The position numbers and the translations under genes were made by a program. Shown piece by piece: positions 25,802 through 33,154 of a stretch of DNA of 37,230 nt. The DNA is from a virus. The notes beneath the pieces are model-generated. The model did no database searches. It saw nothing but the letters and a program-made list of their open reading frames with translations, and was not told where the DNA came from. The stretch lies in the IMG/VR virus record IMGVR_UViG_3300025597_000002; one strand, given 5' to 3'. Positions within the stretch are counted from its first letter, which is position 1. Every line of letters starts with the position of its first letter.

Positions 25802-26693
25802 TGGACCCTCCTGTTTCACGACGTTGACGTGCCAACTCACGTTTTCGCTTGACCGCCAAATTAAAGAGCTCCGTTTTTTCCATGTGATCGAGCCGGTCAT
25901 CTTCACGAATGGCCTGGATCACGCCATCGATCCCGTCCGGGGCCGCCGTCTCGATCGACCTCAGATATTGACTGGCCAGGTCGCCCAATTCGTGGTTGGC
26001 CGCCTCAGTCGGGCTTCCGGCCGCAGCTTGCGGGTTGTCGGCTGCGGCCGATTCGCCCGACCTGGAAAACTGGTGCGGCAGATACTTCGCTAGCCGCTTG
26101 ATGACCGTTTTTCTGGCCATTTCCCCCCAATCCGTCTCCCAGGGGCTGTTCTCGTTGCCGAAGGAACCACCCCGTTCGGCGTTGGCCTCGATTTCGGCCT
26201 TCGTCATCCACTCCACCAGCGGCCGGTCGAAATCCTTAAACCAGGCGATGGCGTAGGCCCCGATCGGTTCGCCCGGCTCCGCCGCAATGGCCGGACGATG
26301 CTCCACAATCCGCCCTTCGGGATCGCCGAACCGCAATTCGAACTGATCACCCTTGCGAACCGTTCTGGCCTCGATGTGGGAAATCCGGGGGTTACTGAGC
26401 ATGATACGGAGGATCGCCCGATAATCCGGGACAAAGACGGCCCGGTATCCCCCGCCTTTGGTTTTCCGTGGGATCAATGTCCCCTCGTTGGAAAGCCCGC
26501 TCGGGTCCAGGCCCATGGCCACCGCCTCGGCCACGGCTTCGAGGATCGAGGGCACGGAGCAATTGGCCAGATCTCCGTCACGATTGATGACGTAGATGAC
26601 GTTCTCAACGATCTCCTCGACGGGCGTGCCCGCCTGGGCAATCGCCCGCAGACGCGGCAGAAGTTCGCGCAGTCGGATGGCAATCGGCGTCAT
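25773..26693 (-). CDS. recT: RecT-family single-strand annealing recombinase (306 aa)
   Basis: CSVPSILEAVAEAVAMGLDPS, PIGAYAIAWFKD, SPWETDWGEMARKTVIKRLAKYLP. ATGA overlap with the upstream gene. Confidence 0.75.
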   Translation of the reverse strand: MTPIAIRLRELLPRLRAIAQAGTPVEEIVENVIYVINRDGDLANCSVPSILEAVAEAVAMGLDPSGLSNEGTLIPRKTKGGGYRAVFVPDYRAILRIMLSNPRISHIEARTVRKGDQFELRFGDPEGRIVEHRPAIAAEPGEPIGAYAIAWFKDFDRPLVEWMTKAEIEANAERGGSFGNENSPWETDWGEMARKTVIKRLAKYLPHQFSRSGESAAADNPQAAAGSPTEAANHELGDLASQYLRSIETAAPDGIDGVIQAIREDDRLDHMEKTELFNLAVKRKRELARQRRETGGSNDKNDHGEG

Positions 26694-27088
26694 TGGCTTG
26701 TCTCCGGTTGCTCCTGATTCCTAAGTTCACGGCCATAGGCCACACACAAGGCTTTTAAGGCCTCGTCCAGTTTTGCGTGGGGCACCGGTCCGTATTTGGC
26801 GTAAAACTCCGCCACCGTTCGGCCCCGATCAACGATGGCGCACAACTCAGTGAACGCCTGGCTCAGCCATTGGCAATGACGCTCCAGGACCTCCTTATAG
26901 GCCCGATGGGCCTCCAAAAGCGTTTCCACGGGCCGACGTTTCCCAACGAACGGCGTGAGGGCCAAAAAGCTGATCTCCCGAATGAGTTCGGCCTGTAAAC
27001 TCTCCAGAGGGCCGACATCGAGGACCTCCTGAAAAAGTTCGGCTTCATCGCGTTTTGACTTATTCCTGTTCCGTGTTGGCATCGCCAA
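26690..27088 (-). CDS. Hypothetical protein (132 aa)
   Basis: ORF track. Coherent helical sequence. Confidence 0.45.
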   Translation of the reverse strand: MAMPTRNRNKSKRDEAELFQEVLDVGPLESLQAELIREISFLALTPFVGKRRPVETLLEAHRAYKEVLERHCQWLSQAFTELCAIVDRGRTVAEFYAKYGPVPHAKLDEALKALCVAYGRELRNQEQPETSQ

Positions 27089-27473
27089 GTTCCTTAGTTT
27101 TTATGTCTCCTCGGGGAACCTCGTTTTGAGCCGGCGGGAAGGCGAGAAACTGCTGATCGACACCAGGGATGGGCGGATTGTGGTGGGCGTCCAAGTCCCA
27201 AGCGTCACCCCAGCAATCACACTCATACACCCAGATCGTGAGTTCGCCGTTCTCTTCTCGTTCGGTCGTGTATCCAAGCTCATGCCCACATGTGGCGCAG
27301 CGGCAAACGTCACCGCAGATTTTTTGGTTTGCGTTCATTTCATCGTTCATCCGGTTGTAGCAATGCAGGCATGGTTTAACGCGGATCTCAATCGCTGGGT
27401 ATTTATCCACCACTTCCGTAACGGTGAGTTTGCATGAGCATCCGTCGCAAACGCAAATTGGCTGACAAATCAT
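27060..27473 (-). CDS. Cysteine-rich, zinc-ribbon-like small protein (137 aa)
   Basis: Last 137 codons of the implausible 559-aa track ORF. ATG at 27473 with GGAG upstream. MICQPICVCDGCSCKL...CLHCYN...CGDVCRCATCGHEL...YECDCWGDAWD. Confidence 0.5.
   Translation of the reverse strand: MICQPICVCDGCSCKLTVTEVVDKYPAIEIRVKPCLHCYNRMNDEMNANQKICGDVCRCATCGHELGYTTEREENGELTIWVYECDCWGDAWDLDAHHNPPIPGVDQQFLAFPPAQNEVPRGDIKTKELGDANTEQE
27113..27185. repeat. Right arm of the 73-bp perfect inverted repeat (inside the 3' end of the Cys-rich gene)
   Basis: Exact reverse complement of 25507-25579. Confidence 0.95.
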
Positions 27474-27670
27474 GACAAATCGACTCCAGTTAACAGGTTG
27501 GGGAAACATGGCCCGGGGCGGCCTCTTGCCGTCGCCCGGGCCGGGGTCCCACTCGACCTCCCTGCCGGCGTAACCGACCGTCCCCGGGCACGGACCGCCC
27601 GCGCCAGTTGCGGGGTGGCAAACCTTTGGCCGCCATACCGGTGACACACAAGAGGGAAGCGGCCTGGGGT

Positions 27671-28540
27671 TTAACGAAATGAAACGTTGATTTTCGGGAC
27701 CACCGGCCGAATGGCTCCCAGCATTCTGGGGTCCACGTAATGCTTGATGGTAGTTTCCGGAGAAGCATGACCCGCCACTCTGGTGGCCATATTCAGATCG
27801 TTCACAGCGGTCCACGTAATACACGTTCGCCGCATCTTCTGAAAAAGCTGCCCGTGTAGTTGCTTCGGGGCTGGAATCCCTGCCCGATCGACAATTCGAC
27901 GCAAGGCCCGATCGGGCCATTTTGGGTTGTACGGGTGTTCCCATACTTTTTCGCGGGGTGGCTCTTTGATTTCCTTTAACAGCACGGCCAAATCCCCGGG
28001 AATCGCGAAAGTCTGCTCGCGTTTGTTTTTGTTGGTTAACGCCTTGAGAAACCGGCCATTGAGGTCGACCTGAAACCAGTACACGTTCAAAAGGCCACTT
28101 AGCCTCAAGCCGGTGTAGTAGCTCGCCAGGAGAATAGACTGCCACCAGAGCCGGGCCGGAACGGAACCCACGTGACCATCCAGTTTCCCCACGTACTCGA
28201 AGAGTTTTTTGGTCTCTTCTAAGGTCCAGGCATCGGGGGTCCGCTTTTCCACTTGGATTCTTGGAAAGCGTGGCAAACGAGAAATTAGACCGCGTTGAAA
28301 CGCCTCGTTGACAATCGCTTTCAAGACGACGAGATAGTGTTTCAGAGAATGCGATGACCGGCAGTGATTTCCCACGGTGGAAAGGTACCGCCCGATATGT
28401 TCTTCGCAGATATCGCCAACAAAGATGTCTCCGTTGGCCTCGATGAATCTCTTGATCACCCGCTTGATATCGTCGTGGTGTTTTTGCGACTGATGAGGCC
28501 GCAAGAGAGCGTACTGCTCCGCGAGATGAGACATCTTCAT
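27671..28540 (-). CDS. int: Tyrosine recombinase / phage integrase (289 aa)
   Basis: Catalytic pattern: GLRLSGLL (Arg), HGQLFQKMRRT (His-x-x-Arg), GHASPETTIKHYV (His...Tyr). Confidence 0.85.
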   Translation of the reverse strand: MKMSHLAEQYALLRPHQSQKHHDDIKRVIKRFIEANGDIFVGDICEEHIGRYLSTVGNHCRSSHSLKHYLVVLKAIVNEAFQRGLISRLPRFPRIQVEKRTPDAWTLEETKKLFEYVGKLDGHVGSVPARLWWQSILLASYYTGLRLSGLLNVYWFQVDLNGRFLKALTNKNKREQTFAIPGDLAVLLKEIKEPPREKVWEHPYNPKWPDRALRRIVDRAGIPAPKQLHGQLFQKMRRTCITWTAVNDLNMATRVAGHASPETTIKHYVDPRMLGAIRPVVPKINVSFR

Positions 28541-28786
28541 GGCGCCTTCTCCATGGGTGCACGGCGGCCTTTTGGGCTGCCTTGCCCCCTGAAGGCCACG
28601 GAGTCATGACAAGTCTTTCCCTATCGAAAGTATGCCATATTCCGCGCAGCGAGAGCGCACAATTTCCGCGCATAACACCATTCCAAATTGTGCCAATGCG
28701 GGCTACACGCCCAGTGTTTTGGTTGTGAGCACCCGCCAAGCCGCCTCAGAGGAGGCTCAGAAGATGCCCGGTGATTAATCCAACCG

Positions 28787-28817
28787 CCATTGTACAGATA
28801 TCAGACCAATTGTCAAT
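28787..28817. repeat. Imperfect direct repeat copy A (CCATTGTACAGATATCAGACCAATTGTCAAT)
   Basis: About 24 of 30 positions match copy B at 29082. Lies between xis and int. Confidence 0.6.
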
Positions 28818-28845
28818 AACATACAAGTATGAAATTATCTGCGTA

Positions 28846-29070
28846 TCAGGAAAAGAGTTGCGTATTCACGCGAGAACGAGGCCGCCCCACGCTCGAAGGC
28901 TCACGGAATTTGTCGGCTTCAGATTTCGGCACAACCCAGATCTTTTTCCCCATTTTTTGGCCGCGCATTATCCCAGACCGAAGCAGTCGGCAAACGTAGC
29001 CCTCGGTGACTCCAAGATACGATGCGACCTCCGAAACGGTAAGCATTACGTCGGGATTCTGCAGCGCCAT
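28846..29070 (-). CDS. Excisionase-type HTH DNA-binding protein (74 aa from the ATG at 29070)
   Basis: MLTVSEVASYLGVTEGYVCRLLRSG is an excisionase/MerR-like HTH. GGAGG 8 nt upstream of the ATG at 29070. Lies upstream of int. Confidence 0.6.
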   Translation of the reverse strand: MALQNPDVMLTVSEVASYLGVTEGYVCRLLRSGIMRGQKMGKKIWVVPKSEADKFREPSSVGRPRSRVNTQLFS

Positions 29071-29081
29071 ACTCATACCCT

Positions 29082-29113
29082 CCATTGTACTGATAGACGA
29101 CCAATTCGGCAAT
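29082..29113. repeat. Imperfect direct repeat copy B (CCATTGTACTGATAGACGACCAATTCGGCAAT)
   Basis: Matches copy A. Overlaps the xis translation-start and promoter-proximal region. Confidence 0.6.
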
Positions 29114-29481
29114 TCAAATGGCAGGCGTGGATAGGCTCACCGGGCACCGGAAGCCCCCCAGTCCTCGCGGAGCTGGGCACCTGCCATATACTTGGTGTTT
29201 TTCCGGAATATGCTAGAATCTTTCCTGAGGACCTAACATGACATCTCGATTCAGGAGACGAACCAATGGTGAAAGCCTTCCTGAAATCTCGCCTCTGCGA
29301 CCCACCAGTGGATTGCACGCCGGCAAATATCAATTCCGATTTGTTAAAGCAGCCCATTCCTGGCGACAAAGTCTATCATGCCGCACTCGAGGCTTATAAA
29401 AGCCAAAATGTATCTTTTGTGTACGCATGTCCCCTGGATTCTAGATAAAACGAGAGAATGCTTAACATCTGTTGCTTAAAC

Positions 29482-29512
29482 TGGGGTACTAGGATTCGAA
29501 CCTAGCGCCACA
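29482..29512 (-). other. tRNA 3'-half-like fragment (perfect T-arm plus acceptor strand); candidate attP core
   Basis: In minus sense: GCGCTAGG TTCGAAT CCTAG TACCCCA. No matching 5' acceptor strand, D-arm or canonical anticodon arm upstream. Confidence 0.5.
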
Positions 29513-29671
29513 CGAAATCTCCATGAGTAGTTCGTGTGCACAAAAGGAGCATTAACGAATCAGTGCACCTGAGTTGGAGTCAGCACACACCCTATAGCCC
29601 GGTAGGGGGGGTGGGAGAGCGTGTTCGCACCCGCGACACACAGATCCACAGTCTGGTTCCCCTCAGGGAGA

Positions 29672-29730
29672 GCGGAAGCCAGAATTCGACCCCGCAACGC
29701 CCAGCTTGGGAAGCTAGCGCTCTAACCGAC
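29672..29730 (-). pseudogene. Degenerate tRNA-Gly(CCC)-like remnant
   Basis: In minus sense: GTCGGTTAGAGCGC (D-loop-like), CTAGC TTCCCAA GCTGG (anticodon arm, CCC), then GCGGG GTCGAAT TCTGG CTTCCGC. The T-stem is mispaired and there is no 5' acceptor. Confidence 0.4.
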
Positions 29731-29931
29731 GGGGATCGGGGCCGAACCGACTGGCAGAGGAAGATAGGCCATTACGGGGCTTTCGGCTTTTGCGTGCTTA
29801 CGAAAAGGCTTGCACTGACTGGGAAGACCACAACTCAGCACCTGTAAAACTTGATTGGCTTACGTGGTCTTGCGGATACACGGGAGTGCAAGGAAAAGGT
29901 GTTAGGGGGAAGTTGGGAAAAAGAAGAGGCT

Positions 29932-30708
29932 TCACTCAGGATTTTTCGGCGGCCAAAATACCCCCACGACAATCCAGGCCTTCTTCTGGTAAACGTTCCC
30001 TACAAAAAAGTAAGTATCTCTGTTTGGCCCGCACATCTCATCAAGAAATTTTGCTCGCACGTCTTTGAGAGCTTTTTCTTCCCCTTTTTTATCCCGTATT
30101 TTTCGGAAGAGCTGGTAGATTTCCCAGTCGAGAATCGTCTGTTGGTGGCCACGGCAGTTGCTGGCCTCGCAGCGATACCTGTATTTAAATTTCCACGGAA
30201 TCTTTTCCAAAGGCTTTTGGCCGGGGCCAAAGAGTGTGAGTTGTTCAAACAGTTTCTGATACTTAGGCTCCCACGACGGCGAATCTTTTTCGATGACCAG
30301 GTCATGAACGATTTTTGGCTTTACAACGGCGAGAGACTGGCTGAGCGGCCCAGATTTTTGGAGACCGCACATCGTAGCCGGTGGATTGGCTAGCACAATT
30401 TTCTTGCGTGCGGACCAGTCGCGATCTGCGGGAAGATGAGAAACAGTCTCGATAGGTTTATCGGGGTCGGGGCGGTATGATTCCGGGCGTGGGTCATTTG
30501 AATGTTTAACGGCGACGACTTTGATCCATTCGTACTTACGAAACCACTGTGTGTATGGGCGATACCGATAGTTAATAGGGTAAAGGCGAATCCATTTTCC
30601 TTCTTCCGTCATCCCCGCAGTGCAGACAACCTCCTGATGGTGCTGCGATGGACGCGGGTAGGTCTTTACCAGCACAAGTACTTTCAATTCCCGCCAATTC
30701 TGTTCCAT
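29932..30708 (-). CDS. Hypothetical protein (258 aa), partner of the DUF488 gene
   Basis: ORF track. Coherent sequence (KVLVLVKTYPRPSQHHQEVVCTAGMTEEGKWIRLYPINYRY ... CEASNCRGHQQTILDWEIYQLF). GC about 45-50% by eye. Confidence 0.6.
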   Translation of the reverse strand: MEQNWRELKVLVLVKTYPRPSQHHQEVVCTAGMTEEGKWIRLYPINYRYRPYTQWFRKYEWIKVVAVKHSNDPRPESYRPDPDKPIETVSHLPADRDWSARKKIVLANPPATMCGLQKSGPLSQSLAVVKPKIVHDLVIEKDSPSWEPKYQKLFEQLTLFGPGQKPLEKIPWKFKYRYRCEASNCRGHQQTILDWEIYQLFRKIRDKKGEEKALKDVRAKFLDEMCGPNRDTYFFVGNVYQKKAWIVVGVFWPPKNPE

Positions 30709-31198
30709 CCCGGAGCTCCCGAACTGTGATTCCGCTTATGGCATGGATGGACTGCGCGAGGACCCAACGGTGGCAATCCCGCGGGTTCATTTCATAGCAC
30801 AATAACAGGAGATTATAGGTCTTCGCAATCGCAAGAAGGGAGAGCACGGCTTTTTCCGCATTAGGCAAGAGGACGGTTCGATAAAGCGAAAGCAACTCAA
30901 CGCGGCGGCCTGGCAAGTAACTTTTTCTGATGCGAGCAGGAATTCCTAGCTCTGGAAAGTGCAAATATTCCAGACCATTAGCGGAGCACGTTTTGTCCAG
31001 TGATGCTTTGCAAAATTCTCGTCGCCGGGAAAAAGGATTGGCCCGAATATCGATAAGATGCGTAATCTGATTAACACCTATCACCTCGATAAGGTTTGGC
31101 AAGCTCATCCGCTCATATCCGGCTGTGAAGAGTATTCGCGAACTTCGCGTCTCGGAAGATGGTCGTTCGAAGCTGTGATTGATCATGGCGAACAACAT
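30572..31198 (-). CDS. DUF488-family protein (start at 31198 or 31186)
   Basis: ILFTAGYERMSLPNLIEVI, HLIDIRANPFSRR, LLLCYEMNPRDCHRWVLA match the DUF488 pattern. The 45-aa tail overlaps the next gene by 137 nt. Confidence 0.65.
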   Translation of the reverse strand: MLFAMINHSFERPSSETRSSRILFTAGYERMSLPNLIEVIGVNQITHLIDIRANPFSRRREFCKASLDKTCSANGLEYLHFPELGIPARIRKSYLPGRRVELLSLYRTVLLPNAEKAVLSLLAIAKTYNLLLLCYEMNPRDCHRWVLAQSIHAISGITVRELRDGTELAGIESTCAGKDLPASIAAPSGGCLHCGDDGRRKMDSPLPY

Positions 31199-31493
31199 CC
31201 ATGTTTGCCCAAAGTGGGCGACAGTAACGGCACAACACTTCCAGCAAGCGGGCGACATCCGCCTGTGCAAAACTGTAGCACACAGCCACCAACCGCGCAA
31301 TACCACCGTCGGGGGATATCAAGGTAGTGAGCGACGATTCTCGGCAGATCGATGGTCCCCCCAGCAGAAGCCGCGACTCACGGATCGGAATTGCACGCCA
31401 CACAGGGGACATCTAGAATTTGGTGGATTGGGGAAAAGGGAGTTTTGACTAGAGCGGGAGTTCATTCCTGTTTGTTCGCAGGAGATCGCTGAT

Positions 31494-31997
31494 ATGATCA
31501 CCGGAAAAGACAAGTGGGTGCTAAGTGCTCTCGCTATAGCACCTTTGGACCGTATTCGTTTGATGAAGGCGCTCTTCCGCCTATGGTGGCATTCAGGGAA
31601 GTCTATCCCAGATTTTTTTTCATTTAAGCCTTATCTTTACGGGCCGTGGAGTCCTGAGGTCTACGACTCCCTGGAAAGGCTCGAAAAGGAGGGATTCATA
31701 GTTCGGTTGCCTCACCCGGTTCCGGCTTGGTCAAAATATCATCTCACAGACCGTGGAAGACGCGCAATTCAGGGTGTGATTCCAACCATCAATCAATCGC
31801 ATTTGGGTTTGCTGAAAAAGCTGACTCATGAAACAGCCAACCTTGGTTTCTACGAACTCCTGAAACTTGTTTACAATGAGTCCCCTGAGTTTGCCCAAAA
31901 CTCGGTTGTAAGAGAGGTCCTGCTGCATGACACTGATTCTTGCTTTGACGGCGCGGAGTGCCGGGCGGAGTGGGACGCGTTTGTTGACATAAAGTAG
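31494..31997 (+). CDS. Winged-helix protein, YwgA / Panacea(DUF4065)-like by recollection (167 aa)
   Basis: LDRIRLMKALFRLWW...FSFKPYLYGPWSPEVYDSLERLEKEGFIV. AGGAGA SD 10 nt upstream of the ATG. One of very few plus-strand genes. Confidence 0.5.
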   Translation: MITGKDKWVLSALAIAPLDRIRLMKALFRLWWHSGKSIPDFFSFKPYLYGPWSPEVYDSLERLEKEGFIVRLPHPVPAWSKYHLTDRGRRAIQGVIPTINQSHLGLLKKLTHETANLGFYELLKLVYNESPEFAQNSVVREVLLHDTDSCFDGAECRAEWDAFVDIK

Positions 31998-32206
31998 TCG
32001 CGGAACTTTTCGCGCGCCCACTCGGCAAGGTCGTCGTTACCTCTTAACAGCTCGTCCCTGACGCGATCGATGCTGCAGAGGTCTTGCTTTTCGGCGTGTG
32101 TGATTAGTGCCTCCCAAAAACCAGGGGCAAGGTCAAAGGCGTAATATCTTTGCGCCGCTTGGATGAAAACACTGGCATCGAGTAGGAAAGGCACTCGGGG
32201 AATCAT
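31871..32206 (-). pseudogene. DUF4411 (PIN-like) N-terminal remnant, truncated
   Basis: MIPRVPFLLDASVFIQAAQRYYAFDLAPGFWEALI...IDRVRDELLRGNDDLAEWA matches the first ~75 aa of DUF4411. The remainder is unrelated and overlaps the convergent gene. ATGA coupling to ImmA at 32203-32206. Confidence 0.55.
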
Positions 32207-32910
32207 ATTCTGCCTGATAACGCCCGCTGGAGGAAACAATCGAAGGTTTTACCGTAAAGTCCCGTCAGGCGATAGGCCTCCCGATAGAGCAGATCTCCTT
32301 CGAGGACCGCGTGTATGACTGCCATAGCAAAGCTTCGGCCGAGTTTCTGCATTTGCGTGGCATAGAAATTTCCGCCGTGCCGCCTGCTGGTTCGTTCACG
32401 CCCTCGCTCCTGATGCGTTCGGTAAAACTCTGAAAAGTCCTCGCGGTTCATGAAACCCAAGTCCAGGGCTCGCCGAGCGGCGACAATCTTGCTTACCTTG
32501 AAACTGCGGGCCATTACCTGCAGAATATCCCGCGACCCCCCGTGCCGCCGCCACAATTTTGTAAAGTTTTCGCTGGGCACAAGGAACTCCGCGGCGATGC
32601 GGTTGCAGACTTGTTCGGTTCTTTCGTCCGCTGGCTGGAGCTCGCGCAGATCGAAGGCGCTGCTGCTGCCGAGCCATAGATGGGCAAGTTCGTGGGCGAA
32701 GGTGAACATCTGCGCCGCTTTGCTATCGGCGCTGTTGATGAAGATCAGCGGTGCGTAGTCATCAACCATGACAAAACCGCGAAATTCTTCGGGATTTAAC
32801 AGGCGGTGTGTGTCGTTGCCCACGGTGCTGCTGCTGACCACCAAAATACCAGCGCTATCAGCTTTATCCTGGAGGGCGATGATTACTACATCTACGCGCC
32901 TTCCCCTCAA
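32203..32910 (-). CDS. ImmA/IrrE-type zinc metallopeptidase domain; probably the detached C-terminal half of an XRE-ImmA fusion
   Basis: HEXXH in FTFAHELAHLWLG. There is no in-frame ATG near the 5' end (only TTG at 32910), with an in-frame stop at 32956-32958. Confidence 0.65.
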   Translation of the reverse strand: MRGRRVDVVIIALQDKADSAGILVVSSSTVGNDTHRLLNPEEFRGFVMVDDYAPLIFINSADSKAAQMFTFAHELAHLWLGSSSAFDLRELQPADERTEQVCNRIAAEFLVPSENFTKLWRRHGGSRDILQVMARSFKVSKIVAARRALDLGFMNREDFSEFYRTHQERGRERTSRRHGGNFYATQMQKLGRSFAMAVIHAVLEGDLLYREAYRLTGLYGKTFDCFLQRALSGRI

Positions 32911-32937
32911 GTTCCGTGGGCCTTGTAGTTCCGCATT

Positions 32938-32975
32938 AGTTACGCGAAACGTAACTCAGTTACGCGAAACGTAAC
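32938..32975. repeat. Tandem pair of a palindromic 18-mer (AGTTACGCGAAACGTAAC, 20-bp period)
   Basis: 32938-32955 and 32958-32975 are identical. Each contains GTTACG, 5 nt, CGTAAC. Confidence 0.9.
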
Positions 32976-33052
32976 GCGTTCCTTTATGGAAGCGGCTGCC
33001 CGGTGCAAGCCGCAACATCCTGTAACGGGTTTCTGTAAAGGGACGCGTGACC

Positions 33053-33154
33053 ATGCTGGAACGACTTCTTCTCAACGTGCGTGAAGCGGCTTACCGCCTT
33101 GGAATTTCTACCCGGCACCTCTGGAATTGGAAGGCCTCCTGCCACGTTCTGTAA
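33053..33154 (+). pseudogene. Truncated excisionase/AlpA-like HTH fragment (33 codons)
   Basis: Manual translation gives MLERLLLNVREAAYRLGISTRHLWNWKASCHVL. Below the track length cut-off. Overlaps the 3' end of the XRE ORF on the other strand. Confidence 0.3.

Noticed and set aside
27126-27437. Plus-strand ORF beginning with the CsrA N-terminal peptide (SRREGEKLLIDTRDGRIVV...), considered as a second csrA paralogue
   Set aside because: The similarity is entirely due to the 73-bp inverted repeat. The csrA ATG is TCG here and the ORF needs a TTG start. After the arm the sequence loses the conserved Arg-x-Glu and becomes hydrophobic junk, and it is antisense to a better Cys-rich ORF. It is kept only as the hypothetical recipient of the csrA start if the segment inverts.
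27474-28739. The upstream ~420 codons of the 559-aa minus ORF
   Set aside because: It overlaps the well-supported integrase gene in a different frame. The sequence is junk-like, and only the last 137 codons look genuine.
29461-29970. tmRNA (ssrA) spanning the tRNA-like fragments
   Set aside because: There is no 5' strand pairing with the TACCCCA acceptor. No G3:U70 alanine identity pair is possible. I found no convincing tag reading frame ending in a typical ALAA-type tag. The implied length is too large and would run into a coding ORF.
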